The notes below the pieces were generated by a model. The model searched no databases. It saw only the letters and a program-made list of their open reading frames with translations, and was not told where the DNA came from. Of a DNA stretch of 64,000 nt, positions 38,475 to 51,911 are shown piece after piece; position 1 is the stretch's first letter, and the number at the start of each line of letters is the position of its first letter. Position numbers and translations under genes: made by a program. Source of the DNA: Enoplolaimus lenunculus (Eukaryota); contig JASANG010001737.1 in assembly GCA_030248215.1 (NCBI GenBank), forward strand, positions 620,001-684,000. The letters run 5' to 3'.

Positions 38475-39263
38475 AAAAAACTAAATATAAAGTGTGAAAA
38501 ACACCATATATGTACGTTGAGTGAGTAAAACACTTAATACTCAACTCAAGTCTGAAAGGTCTAAAAAATAAATCGTAATCACTCAACGATGTTCATTAAT
38601 TCTGAAGTAATTTTCAGTGCCTGAAACGGAAAGTTAGAAAAATGCGAGCGGTGCTACGAAAAAATGATGTAGCCTGAATTTCGTTTCGAGAAAGGAATGT
38701 CAACAACAAATTCGTCCAAGAAAAAAATCCCGACGCAAAGCAACTCGAGAGCAGCCGCTCACCGTAGCCCCCTTTCCAAGGTGGCCCACCCGAAACTAAA
38801 GCTTCGACCCTAACAAGATTTTAAACAAAAAATTTTTTTTGAAAAAGTTCACTCATCGCAACGCGGATCCCACCCCAGAGTCGTTGAGGAGCGCTCACCT
38901 CTAAGCTTGCTCCGACACTCACGTCAAGTGTAACAAATTTAGCAACATATAAAGGCAGCAAACGTCAATTAATTGGCAAAAAACGTGTTTTCACCTAAAA
39001 ACCACAGTTTTACAGCGTAGTTATAGTGCTTAGGTGACTAGAAGTTTTCACTTATTTTAATATGATGCATATAAAAAATGTAACAATTTTGAGGGACAAA
39101 AATATTAACGCAATAGGACGCATGCAGATAATTACGGGTTACACTAGAAAACAAAGGGATTTAGGTGTGAAGTATTCATTATCGTTAAAATGTCGGTAGT
39201 TTTACAAAGGCTTCCGAAACGTATCAATAGTTAGTGACAGATTTTTTCAGCCAAACACCAGGT

Positions 39264-39457
39264 GGCCCGAGTTACTTTATGATGCGTCCAGGTTGCTTGT
39301 GGGTCCATAAAAGAGTAGGTTTAGATTATAGATTACATCATTTTTTGCTTAGGTTTAGGCTTAGGTTTAGGAACACATTTTTGCAACGCTCAGGCTTAGG
39401 CATTAGGCTTAGGAATACGCTTAGTCTACTGTTACGCCCGTTATAGTAACATTGGCC
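39264..39457 (+). mobile_element. TTAGGC-bearing MITE, subfamily C
   Basis: Perfect TSD CACCAGGT; arms match the copies at 4851 and 5146. Confidence 0.85.
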
Positions 39458-40109
39458 CACCAGGTGGTGCTGCCTAACGGGTTCAACTTGACGTTGGAGT
39501 TGAAATTCGCCGTACGCTGGTTGAATTGGAGTTGAAATTCGCCGTACGCTGGTTGAATATTTAATGCTATTTTTTGAAAATATAACATTTCACAAAACGT
39601 GGCTGTCTGATGGGTCAGACGACACCGTTACAAAAATTGAGTTGTGTCACTGACTTCTAAAAATTGCACTATAAAACTTGAGTTTACTCAAGTTTCGTGT
39701 TGAAATATAAATTGTTTAATGCAAAAACTCGCTTAACTTCTGGTTCGCTTCGCTCGCGAGGTTTCTATACTAAACTACTCTGAATGCTTTTTGACTCGTC
39801 GTTGTATTTCAAACGAAGCTAACTAACTCTAGAGGATTTTGGACACTTGATGGCATTTCAAAGATACGCTTCCATGTCGGACTTGGCATCCCTGTATTTT
39901 GGGTTTGTTACTGCTCCAATGTTTGATACACCACGAAATTAACATTCCACGAAAAAACCGCTACCGCGTTCCTGGTTTACTGCAAAAATGCGTCTAATTT
40001 CTCGCTCGCAAGCTCTGTTTCACAGTTTCTATGCTACGTCCGATTTGGGCCTTTGTCACCAAGATAGTTGTTTGGACTGCAACACACGACTAAAAGCAGA
40101 TATCAGATG

Positions 40110-41019
40110 AAGCCTAAGCTTAAGCGTAAGAATGAGCATATTCCGAAACCTAAGCCTAAGCCAAACAAAAAAATTAGTCTAAAGCTTAAGCTTACTCTCT
40201 TCTAGTCTCACAGAAAAACGTTCCGCCACTGACGTTTACATGAGCCAAAATCGCGCGGTAACTTATCGCTAACCCCTCTGTGTGAGTTGCGTCTCTCAGT
40301 TTGGTGTCATGATTTTCTATTGTGTCACTTTTAATTGCAATTGTTGCGCATCAAAAAAAGTGCAAAAAATCGCCACTTGCATAGCAGTGATTGCATTGTA
40401 AAATCTGACGACAATTTTGTTAACTGCATATAAAACAATTAAAAAACAACAAAAATTACCGTAGTTTACATATACATTAGTACATGGATGAGAAAAATGC
40501 AACATTTTCGAAACAATTTAATGCATGAAAGCGTTAAAAAAACTCAATTTCTACAAATGGCCAGTGAATATTTAAGAAATTAGCCGACGGTCCATGTAAA
40601 AAGATCAGTGGAGGAACGTTTTTCTGCGGGACTACAATAGAGTATAAGCTTAAGCTTTAGACTAATTTTTTGCTTAGGCTTAGGCTTATAAATCCTGAGG
40701 CTTAGGCATAAGCTCATTTTTACAGTTAGGCTTAGGCTTAAGAATATGCTTTATAGTGTTGTTACGGCACTGTCCTATACATTGCCAGAATTAGTTGTGG
40801 CAGCACAAGTTCAAAGGATGCGCCATAAAATTAATTCATTAACAAGATTAAAAGACAGTAATTGAAAATTTGTCCATTCAAGCTTTAGACTAATTTTTTG
40901 CTTGGCTTAGGCTTAGGCTTAGGCTTTGGAATATGCTCATTCTTATGCTTAGGCTAAAACTTAGGCTTAGGCTTAAGAATAATGCTTATACTGTTCCGTC
41001 CCTGTTCTTTACATGGGCC
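40110..41019. mobile_element. Cluster of TTAGGC-bearing MITEs (40110-40246 partial -, 40589-40786 +, 40879-41019 partial +)
   Basis: Family arm sequences (GGAACGTTTTTCTG, AAGCTTTAGACTAATTTTTTGC, CCCTGTTCTTTACATGGGCC) plus TTAGGC arrays. Confidence 0.75.
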
Positions 41020-41399
41020 AATTAGCCCATGATTTAAGGCATATCTCACAATAACTTGCGTGAACCAGGCAGTTTTTGATTGGACTTAGGCGTAGTTTCA
41101 TCGAAACACACTGGTCGTTGTGCAGTTATAGGATCAGGACCAAGTGCTACAGTAATAATCGGTCATGTTGCATTATATTCAACCGAATTCCGATTCAAAA
41201 CGAGTTCCGTTTTCGATACCGATATAATTCAGTTCCGCTTTGTACCCTGGTCTCTAAACGCATGAGCTTCCCTGGCAATGGTGTGCTTAGAAAATGCGTT
41301 AATTTGCAAACCTAGTCCCGAATCTGGCACGAATAAATCTTAAATATCTGTGTTTTTTCAGCAAACAATCCGCTGGTTTACCTTTCATATACTACCAGC

Positions 41400-41578
41400 C
41401 AGTGGGGCGGATCCAGGATTTCAAAATGGGGGGCCCAAAACTTCACAGGTAATAAACTAATTTTTTCACCCACACACAAACCACGAACTATTGCCATAAA
41501 ATTGCTGTATAATTTTTGTCGAGATGCTGTTGGGGGGGGGGGCACGGCCGAGGTGGCCCCCCCATGGATCCGCCATTG
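41400..41578. mobile_element. hAT-type MITE
   Basis: CAGTGGGGCGGATCCA ... TGGATCCGCCATTG; perfect 8-bp TSD CTACCAGC. Confidence 0.82.
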
Positions 41579-43333
41579 CTACCAGCTTATTTCTGATTTT
41601 GAATCGTCAAAGAGTTCGCAGAGTTACTTGGCTTGCGATACGCGAAGCTTTGCTACATCAACCACAAATATCCTAAATAAATAGCGTAGTAAATTGGGAT
41701 TTGAGGGCCATGTGCCAGGGCTGCTAAATATTTTAAAACGGTTAATATTAATGTTGCCAAATCACGAATGCAAATTGCTAGCAATTGTGATACGGTAAAA
41801 TGTATAAAAATTTATACTCAAATCTAAAATTCAATTTTAAAATTTAAAGACGAAACTTAATAGCTCAAGACAGTATTTACACTTTCATCCGGCAAAATAC
41901 GAATTTCAGTCAAACATATACAGTAATATAGTTCAATTGAACGAATCTCTTGTAACGTCACTGCTACTCAAGTCGTATCTATTGTTTGACAATATCCAAT
42001 CAAAATTAAAGCCAATGGAGCAAGTTGAATTTGATTGGCTTAAATGCAAAATACTGACTGGTCAGTGTTGAGTAGTCAAAAATTCAGGTTAAATTTTGTA
42101 AACCACAAAAGCAGATTAGCAAATCCTTAGTGTTTAATTTCAACACAACTGAGTCAAGTCGTACTTGAGTTAAAAACGGAAAGTGGAACCGAAATTAGTG
42201 AGGTAACGGTAGCTGTTGACGGCGTACATTTAACGGTAACTTATAGCGATTGAAACTTTCGCTATAACCACCTTTAGAACGGACATACCTATGGCAAAGC
42301 TAATTTACGGAAAATTTTCAACGTTGAATTTGGTTTTATTGCGTTCAATTTTCAGGCGAGCAAAGTTTCATCGGCGGGCATCGCAGTGGGATTTCTGTGT
42401 ATTTTTTGTTGCGCTAAACAGCAGTTTTTATATACGTAAGTCTCAGCGATAGGATTTATTACAGAAACAAAAATTGTTATAATTCATCTGCCTACGGTCA
42501 GACAATAAACAATTGATAGCGTTCGAGTCAGCGTTGCAAATTGTGTGCTGTGCTGTCTACGTTCCTCTACGGGATTGCACAAAATGAGCCAAATTCAACT
42601 CTGCCATAGTCAAATTCGACTCACTGAGTCGCATGTTTAACTCTGGTGTAGTCGAATTTGACTCAGTTTGTGTAGTCAGGAAAAGCCTATTTCGGAGAGA
42701 GTCAATTTGACTCACCATTTTTTGACGTGTTTTTGCTGTTTTTGGTAAACGTATTTCAGGTCTTGGAGAGACGCTTGTAGCCTAACAAAAACTGTGTTAA
42801 TTGTTAAACCAATCAGCAACAATTGCAATTGCTGCGGTTTTGTTTTAAAATCAACTTTTTGTACTTTACAGCTATTTAGTTCAATTAACTCAGTAGCCAA
42901 TCACTGGACAGTATTATACGCCAGATTAAACTGCTTGAATCTTAAACTTAAACCAGAAAACACGTCATTTGGCGTTAATTTTTACTTAAATGCTGACAGA
43001 AAGCGGGTGGCTTAAATTTTATTTTTTTTTGCTTAAAATCAGGCAAAGTACAGTTGTGCTATAATGTTCCTTTAAGGGTTGCGTTATACTCGTCGCACGC
43101 CATCGTCCAGCACAGTAAAGTACAGCGCAACCTAAACTATTTTCAGAAATTAGTAATACAGTGATGAAAAATAAACAAGACATGATTACCCCAGATGATA
43201 TTTCCAAAACCAGCACAGATTATATACTACGAAAACCGTAACTTTGAAACCAAATTAATGTCAAAATGCCCCCCAAATAGCCAAATATTTAGTGCTTTTA
43301 ATAGCCTCAAAAATGAACAACTTAACAATTTTC

Positions 43334-43650
43334 GGCTAATGTTTAGAACAGGGCCGTAACAGTAGTATAATCATATTACTAAGTCTAAAAGACTAAGTCT
43401 AAGCCTAAGCCTAAGCCTAAAAACGTACTTATACCTAAGTGTTAACCTACATTCTCGGCTAATGTTTAAAACAGAACCGTAACCGTAGTATAAGCATATT
43501 CCTAAGTCTAAAAGCCTAAGTCTAAGCCTTAGCCAAAACATAAACGCAGGCCTAAAAGTTTACGCCAAAACAATTTAGTCTAAAGCGTAAGCTTATACTA
43601 TCGCACACCACGCCGCGAAAACCGTTCCGCCTCTGATCGTTACATGAGCG
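43334..43650 (-). mobile_element. Truncated plus full TTAGGC-bearing MITE in tandem (starts at 43334 and 43457)
   Basis: Two GGCTAATGTTTA(G/A)AACAG starts, GCCTAA arrays and one CTGATCGTTACATGAGC end. Confidence 0.7.
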
Positions 43651-44547
43651 CTACATTCGCGAGCGTATCCATGCAAACGTAAACACAACGCGACTGTCAG
43701 AAATAGACCCTGAGAAAACTATTTAATTCGTTACAAATATACCTAAAATGTAACATTTTTCAAAATTTGGCTGAAATTTTTACGTTTCAAATTGTGTCAA
43801 CACAAATTTCGTACGAAATTCCAAGCACAATTTGCACTACGGTCACTCGTTTAAAGTACTACTTATACGACAAAAACAATTTTGGCGTTAATAAAGCGTT
43901 TTATAGAATGTCGCGGTGTTGGGGAAATTTTATATTATAATCAAATTGAATTCCGCTAATCACTGAGCAACGAGCATCATGATTCACTACTGTGAGTTAA
44001 CAAAATGTTTCTAGAAAACTTTGTCAGTGTAAACAAAAATTTCAACGATTTACACGTTTATTTAGCCATGATTTTACTGACATTTTCGCCGGCATTTTTC
44101 CGATATTTGCTGTTCTCGTAAAAAACCGTTAGGTATGCCTAAGGACTAAGTCTTTGCTCACGGCTAAACTTACATTTAAGAGTAAGCCTATGAGGCTTAA
44201 TCTTCAGGGCGGAGACAAGTATTCAAGGGCCAATTTGATTATATATAGTTCAGGGTTTAAGATGTCCAATATATACTGTCTAAAAACTTGAACTTATACT
44301 ATAGCTTAACTAAACTTGAATATTAGTTTAGGTAAAACTCGAATGGCTGGACGGACTAACACGAGTTTAAGCAAACTTATTTTTAGTTTAAGTAACGATT
44401 GCAGCCCAGAAATTACGTGTATCTACGAGTTTTTTAAGTTTAGCTTAAACTTAAACTACCTGTTAGTTTTGTTAATCTGGAAAGTGAGTTTAATACTGCT
44501 GGATTACCTTAAACTTAAATCAAGCTGGTTTAAGGTTTTAGAAAGCA

Positions 44548-44623
44548 TATATATTCGTATATATATTATGTATTATATATAATACATATATATGTATTTA
44601 TACATATATATACTTATATATAT
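44548..44623. repeat. Degenerate (TA)n microsatellite; another at about 62521-62616
   Basis: Directly visible. Confidence 0.85.
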
Positions 44624-45070
44624 TTAACAGTTGTCTATTTTTTGAGACATCAGTCACAATTTGAAAGGCTTAAAGTCGTATTTATGCAATGAAACCAATA
44701 TGTTAGTCGCTACTCAAAATAGTCTCAACGGCCGTAGGTTGTATGTGAAAATTTCCAGAAAGCGGAAGCTATCATTAAACATTGTTTTATGGTAAAAAAA
44801 CGTTTAAAATTTATTGCCAGTATTCGAATATTTTGAAACATTTTTAAACTAAACGGCTGTTTTGGTGAAATTTAGATATGCGACAAAAAACACCTGCAAC
44901 AAAGCAGGTTTTGTAGTTTTGCCAGCATAAAAAGTGTGAATTGGGCGGATTTTGGTGTTAAAGTTGCCGTGTTGTTTACTATTTAAGAGGTGTGTTTTTT
45001 GACAATTTTCACTTTTTGGTATAAAGTGTAAATTAAAATTTTGTAAACGACTTTCATGTTTCAAAATAAC

Positions 45071-45646
45071 GGCCACTGTGTAGAACAGGGCCGTAAATGT
45101 TGTATCGTATAACTAAGTCTAAGCAAAAAATTAGTCTAAAGCTTAAGTTTACTCTATCTATTGTAGTTCAGCAGAAAAACGTTCCGCTGCTGATTTTTAC
45201 ATAGCCAAAATATCAATATTAGGAGGCTGGGGGCGACCGCAAACGCACGTCCAAGATAATATTCAAAATTTAGTACCTGGTGCAGGTTTAGGCCAAGGTT
45301 AATGAGCACTAATCTGTGAACAAAACGTGGTTGGTAATTAAAAATATTGCAAGAAAAGTTCCTTAGGTGTTCTAGAATACTAAAGTTTCACCTATTCATT
45401 TGGACATGACTCAGTACACAACATACTTACATGAATGGACCATGTAAAGATTAGGGGCGGAACGTTTTTCTGTGGGACAGCAATAGAGTAAGCTTAAGCT
45501 TTTAGACTGATTATCATGCTTAAGCTTAATAGGCTAGGGTTTAGGCTTAGGCATGGGTATAAGCTCATTCTTACGCTTAAGCTTAGGCTTTGCGCTAAGG
45601 AATACGCATATACTACTGTTACGGCCCTGTTTTTATACATTGAACC
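45071..45646. mobile_element. Two MITEs of the TTAGGC family (45071-45206 -, 45437-45646 +)
   Basis: Family TIRs; the first has TSD AAAATAAC/AAAATATC. Confidence 0.72.
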
Positions 45647-46891
45647 ATTTACGCACCGTTGTTCGCTTTGCCAAAAATGCGTAAAATTTTAATATTGCCG
45701 AGGGTCAGTATGTGAGCAAGTAAAAACTAAATTTGAGATTTATCCTAGACAAAGGGAGCCAGCCCGTCCCCGAGAGATGATTGGCGGACCTGAGGCATTA
45801 CAGCTTTACCGAAAGATTAAAGAAAAATTGCAGCATAGTAATTTCTGCATTAATGACTGAACGCTTCGCAATTTAGCACATTTTTCACATTTGATTTGTC
45901 GTACTTCTGCTCAATTTTTGGGCCACTTGTAGTTGTAGCTATGGCATATTCTCATGTTTGAAAACCTATTAGTAACTGGTGATTGCTGTAATACGGTGCC
46001 AGCGGAAACGTCCCGAAACCCTTGAACTGGTGAAGCAACGATCCTTATAAGCCCGAATTTTGTTAAACTAAAACATTTTTCACTCACCAAAAAGTTTAAC
46101 AGCAATGAAATATTTTACTGCGGCCTCGCGCTCCTATTTTGGGGAAACGATTATCCTAATGCGAGCCCTGTTGCCATATACACAGATGAGAGTGTTAGTT
46201 AGAAGAGACTGGGAACTGCTAATGTAACAAAATAGGCCATATTATATATTGATTATTTTATACTTAGAATTTTCGCTTGGTAGAAATATTTCTTTTGATG
46301 AAATCTTACGCTTATCCTCAATGACAATCCTATAAGTTCGCAGAATTTAGTTTTAAGCTAAGTGCATAGGCGCAGGTACAAAATATGGACCACCTACGAA
46401 TCTAATGAAAAATAGTTTATTTACTGTTCAGCTGCAGGGCATCTGGTTCAAAAATTATGGCCATCAGCATTTGATTACCTTTTGACCTGCTAGCAGTGCG
46501 ACCATAAATATGAAACTGTTTTCACTTAGCTGAATGACAACTACAGGTTAGGCAACTTTCATTTAATTCCTAGGGCGGCGGTCCAGATTCCGTACCTTCG
46601 CCGGTACTTAAACAATTTGAACGTCCCGTATTTATCGGTCCCAGCCAAGTATAGACTTTTAAGGAATGAAATTAAAATAGTATTATTTTAATATTTCAAG
46701 TAAAATTTGTATATTAGAATTATTTTCTGGAAAAAAAGCCAATCCTGATATTAAAATAGCTTAAAATTCAAATAATTAGAACACATACGAGCACTGAAAT
46801 ACGATCGATGCCAGGGACAGTTCCAAGAGAGATGTTTTGGATAAAGCAATCACCTCATCTAGTCTGTCGTACTGAATATTTTGCGATAAAC

Positions 46892-47138
46892 CACACTCAA
46901 AATAATATTTCTGATATTTAAGAAAAAATTTCTTACATTTGAGAAATATGATTAGCAAGGTGCGCTTGAAAAGTATTTCTGTTATAACAGAAAAGTTTTC
47001 AAAAAAGTTGTGAAATAAAGTCTGAAAATAAACGTTTTCCAGTTATTTTAGAAAAAATTATCTTAAATATCAGAAAAACTTTTCAGATTTGCCACAGAAT
47101 TTCTTTTCTGAATAAATTCAGAAATACTTTTTTGTGTG
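46892..47138. mobile_element. CAC...GTG MITE; second copy at 57298-57543 has TA flanks
   Basis: The two ~245-bp copies align throughout, with TTTCTG/CAGAAA subterminal motifs. Confidence 0.7.
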
Positions 47139-47236
47139 CAGCTCAAGTATATACATCACAATTTAAACCAGGCGAAACTCGGACATTACTTACTTTTTCG
47201 GATCAGAGTAGAGAAACATTAAAAGCTTATAAACAC

Positions 47237-47912
47237 GGCCAATGTAAAGAACAGGGGCGGAACAGTATTATAAGCATATTCCTAAGCCGAAGCCTAAGCC
47301 TAAACCGAAGCCTAAGCATACGAGTGACCATATTCCTAAGCCTAAGCCTAAGCCTAAGCCAAGCAAAAAACAGTCTTAAGGTTTAAGCTTACCCTTTTCT
47401 AGTCCAACAGAAAAACGTTCCGTCCCTGGTCGTTACATGGGCCTAAAGCACAAACGCATATTTTTGCATGCTTATTTTTCCAGTCGTCGAGTTTAACGTT
47501 TTCAAGCATAAAGTCTAATTATCAAGTAGTTCACTAATTAGCAAGAGTAGAAATTTTATATTACAATAATATCTACATTCACGATACGCAAATACCCTGT
47601 GGTCCACAACATTCAATTGTATAGCAAGTAAACCCGCAGGTATATGGTAATGCCTTTACTGACACAGGTCACATACCTAACATATTATCAAGTATCTAAC
47701 TAAATTACAAAGTTCCAAGTTCTGGCCAATGTAAAGCACAGTGGCCGAACAGTATAATGAGCTTATTACTAAGCCTAAGTGTAAGAATGAGCATGTTCCT
47801 AAGACTAAGCCTGAGCCTAAGCCTTAAGCCAGGCAACAAATTGTGTACACCTCTAGCTTATTCTATTTTAGTCCCACAGAAAAACGTTCTGCCCCTGATC
47901 TTTACATGGGCC
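47237..47912 (-). mobile_element. Two TTAGGC-bearing MITEs (47237-47443 and 47724-47912)
   Basis: GGCCAATGTAAAG ... TTACATGGGCC; the second has perfect TSD CAAGTTCT. Confidence 0.82.
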
Positions 47913-47924
47913 CAAGTTCTAAAC

Positions 47925-48535
47925 GCTGCATTTGAATTTGTCATGCCCGAAAACCCAAAAGCCAATGGCACGCAACCGCTTATAAGTCAACTGCCATATT
48001 AGTTAGTAGCTACCTTTTCATTTATCTATTTTGGATGCTTATAAGGACCTTATCGAGGTTTATCGGATCCAAAAACCATTTAGTACTGAAATCAAATCGC
48101 TTGTAATTGGTGAAATAATTAAGAGTCCTAATTTAGGCTTAACCAATTAAGCTAATATGCTAATTAGTTAGCAGGTAGCTATTCATTTATCTGTTTTGAA
48201 GACTTCTGAACGTTAATCTCAGATTGCTTGCATCCAAGAACGTTTTAGTACTGAAATCATATTGATTGTAACTTTACCACGAGTGAAATAATGTAAAAAA
48301 TCCTAATTTAGGAGTAACCAATTATTCAATTAGTCTGTACAACTACTTAGCACTTTGAAACCCAACGCGAAGTTAACACCACAGGATGATAAGCTTTTAA
48401 ACGAAACGTTCATCAAAATCGGTTCAGCGGTTCCAGAGATTTTCGTCGGATGGACAGACGAACGGACAGTCACAAAACATAAAATGCTTAGCGAAACTAT
48501 CCAAACTGTTTCGGTTCGCTCAAATTATCTCCAGT
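47925..48535 (+). mobile_element. DINE-1/Helentron-associated-like element
   Basis: Internal ~170-bp duplication, AAATCGGTTCAGCGGTTCCAGAGAT motif, GGACAGACG microsatellite and terminal stem-loop AGCGAA...TTCGCT. Confidence 0.5.
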
Positions 48536-48661
48536 AACGAAACAATCCGATTAACACTGCGCTGCCAGAGACAGCTCTTTGGAATGACAACGGTAAACTT
48601 TGAATATTCAATGTTCCAAGACAATGAAAATATCCGCTTCGCCCATAGCCATCAATAAATT

Positions 48662-48879
48662 GGTCCATGTAAAGATCAGGGGCGGAACGTTTTTCTGTGG
48701 GACTACAATAGAGTAAGGTTAAGCTTTAGACTTTTATTTTTTCCTTGGCTTAAGCGTTAGGCTTAGGCTTAGGCTTAGTAATATGCTCGTCCTTACGCTT
48801 TAGGTTTACGCTTAGGCTTAAGCTTAGGCTTACGAAGATGCTTAGACCTACTGTTACGCCCCTGTTGTTTACATTTGCC
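48662..48879 (+). mobile_element. TTAGGC-bearing MITE, subfamily A
   Basis: GGTCCATGTAAAGATCAGGGGCGGAACG ... GTTACGCCCCTGTTGTTTACATTTGCC. Confidence 0.8.
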
Positions 48880-49345
48880 AGTGAAACTACAGTTTTAGAA
48901 CGTGGCAAGTTGCTTAGCTAGCCAAGTTTACTTACTTCGCATATCGCTTTGCTCCACTAGTTTGGCATAGAAAACCATAACCCAAAAACATGATTTATAT
49001 ATTCATATATATTTAGTTCGGGCAAAATTTACCATTTCAAGGGTTGAAAAACTGCAAAATATTGTCACTTTTTGAAATCGTATTAAAACGCGTATCATAA
49101 AGACCTTGAGAATTGTAATCTTTGATCTAAAACGTTTAACCAAGCAAAAAATGGTCCACCCAATCAAATACATGATGATAAAACCAAACTCAAAAACCTA
49201 AAAATTGTTTACCTTGAGCGAATCAGAGCAAATTAGCGAGTTGTATTTAGGGTCACAACTAAATGGTTCTAGAGGGAGGCACCGTCGATTCATTGAATAC
49301 CTTTGTTCTGTCCCGGCAAACAAGTATGCCATTAAACGAAGTATA

Positions 49346-49789
49346 CTGTAGTGACCCGAATAAGAGGGGTTTAATAAGAAGGAGTCCCCATTTTGAGTCC
49401 CAATCAACAGGAGTCCGTATCCTTAATAAGAGTCCGTAAGCGGATACGGTCCCTAAACCCTAATTAGAGACGATAAATGTCAATTATCCATAATTGTAGC
49501 GCCTAAATGACTTCAGGACCAAATAACGTTGGGTTCTAAACTTTAAAGCGTACATGAATTTTGAAAGTAATTTCCTAAGTGTAAGCTTGCATTACTGCTC
49601 AAGCTATTGACACAAGACAAATAAGTGTTTAATTCAACGGACAGTTGCAATACCGAATATATATCAGTAACAAATGGTGGCGGAGCATGCGATAAAATAA
49701 ATAACAGTCCGTAACCGAATAACAAGGGGGGGTACCCTCTGGAGACGCCAATTGAATCTCAGTCCCCCCTCTTATTCGGGTCACTACAG
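49346..49789. mobile_element. Tc2/pogo-like MITE, second copy
   Basis: TA TSD and TIR CTGTAGTGACCCGAATAAGAGGGG matched at both ends. Confidence 0.85.
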
Positions 49790-49852
49790 TAATGTGGTCA
49801 AATTTTATTTGCCCGGCACATAGAATCTCTACGCCCGATACACTAGCAACTC

Positions 49853-50052
<200 letters not shown>

Positions 50053-50511
50053 GTTTATAAAAAATTTACCCCAGATACCAGGATACCGCTATTAAATGCC
50101 GAAAATTGTACAAGAAACTTTGTAGTTTCCTAAAAACAAACTCGACTGAAAAACGTTGTTTGAAAAAAACAGAAAACAATTAATTGTACAGATTTTTTTA
50201 CTATATTTTACTTGCTCTGGGAGACAACGAACTAAGAAGAAGAAAAAGTTGTCGAGGGTAGAAAATTAATAATTTTTTGTTGAACCTAAAATTTTTATCT
50301 GTTAACAAAATTTTATCACCATTTTTTTCTGCGAAAAAGCCTAAATGATTGCGGCATTTAATACTTTTGATAAAAACCGTTGCAAATTGATTTTTCTTGG
50401 TTGTCCATTGTTGTGAATGGAAAACTTTTCAATTACTGTCTTTAATCTTGTTAATGAGTAATAGTTTTAGGGCGCATTGCTTTCGAAATTGTGCTGTCAC
50501 AAGTAAATTCT

Positions 50512-51911
50512 GGCAATGTATAGAACAGTATTTAGCATATTTCTAAGCCTAAGCCTAAGCCTATAAACATAAGAGTGAGCTTGTGCCTAAGCTTAAGCTT
50601 TTAAACCTAAGCCTATAGCGTAAAAATTGTCTAAAACTTAAGCTTTTTCTATTCCAGTCCGATAGAAACATCGTTCCGCTTCTGATCTTTACATGGATCA
50701 CCAATTCAGTCAACCAGTACAGCGTTTCCAGTACAATTTTCAAGAATTTCAATTACAAAACGCAATTTAATAGTGACTGTTTCCAATATCATCAAACACT
50801 TGGCGGTTTACGCCCATTCGCTGTTTAAGGACTACACAAAATGAGTCAAATTCGACTGTGCCAGAGTTAAACGTTCGACTCAGTGAGACGAATTTGACTC
50901 TGGTGAACTCGAATTTGACTCAGTTTATATATAGTCCCGTAGAGCCTATTTCGGAGAGTCAATTTGACTCACCATTTTTTGCAGTGCAGAGGTTTGACTG
51001 ATAACTACACAATTTGTCAAAATACTAATCAATATGATTAAAGTTAGAGCGTCCAATATGAGTGAGTATTTTGGGCAGTGTTCCAGCTGATTTTTATATA
51101 CGTGCGCAATCTACGATATCTTATAGTACTAAATAGCAAATTGTGCTGATGTGATATATACATCGTTGTATGGGAACATTTCTTTTTACTTGCGCTGCGA
51201 AATTTTTGCTGCAAATATGTTAGCATCGGTTGTATATACCTAAGTATTACAACCAAGTTGAGTAGTACTAAGCCTAAGCCTAAGCCTAAGCCTAAGCCTA
51301 AAGTATAGTTTAGTTTAGGGCATCAAGTCGAAAAAAACATAAAAAATATGTTCAATATGATATTTTCGATATTTTCAACTTTGGATCGCCGCTGAAGAGT
51401 TCGATTGCGAGGCGGACGAGGTTAAGTCCTTGCTCGAACTCGAAAAGTTAGCTCCAAGTTTTGTTAAAGCTATAACTGGTGCTAAATCTGACCTATAGTT
51501 TAGCTGACAATATTACTGAAAATGTCGTAACGTCCGGAAAAAACTACAGAAGCCGACTGTCAGATTTTGCCTCAACCGGAAGCGCATCGCTTCTTGTACC
51601 CGCGGTAGAAATAAAACACATTCGAAATACTTTTGTACTTAGGTAAAAACCATTAAAAACACTATCGAACGGCAATTTAGAACGCACATCTAAAAATCAT
51701 CCTATCGAAATAAGTTGTTGTTATACAGCGTCCGACGTAAAGATCAAAGGCGGAATGTTTATCAGCAGGACTGCCGTTGAGTAAAAGCATAAACTTTAGA
51801 TATCATTTTTGCTTAGGCTTAGGGTTATGCATAAGCTTGTTTCACGATTAGCCTTAGGCGTATAAGTTTAGGATTATGATTATACACGGCCTTTGTTCTA
51901 GACGTTTGGCC
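50512..51911. mobile_element. Diverged TTAGGC-family MITEs at 50512-50699 (-) and 51731-51911 (+)
   Basis: Family arms; the 51731 copy has TSD ATACAGCG/ATACCGCG. Confidence 0.65.

Larger units (their letters stand above)
31920..38920 (+). repeat. Dispersed repeat of about 170 bp, three diverged copies (about 31920-32080, 33553-33722, 38748-38920)
   Basis: Shared order GCAGC(C/T)AC...CCC...AACA(A/G)..TTTAAA...CATCGCAA...TCCAC...GAGCCTGCTCC. Confidence 0.6.

Noticed and set aside
39494..39558. Direct duplication of about 32 bp (TTGGAGTTGAAATTCGCCGTACGCTGGTTGAA twice)
   Set aside because: Only two copies, consistent with ordinary slippage; no further structure.
51385..51435. Hammerhead-ribozyme-like CTGAAGA-stem(GTTCG/CGGAC)
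   Set aside because: Followed by GAGG rather than GAAA, with no closing stems I or III. The CTGATGAAG at about 19553 also lacks the GAAA core.
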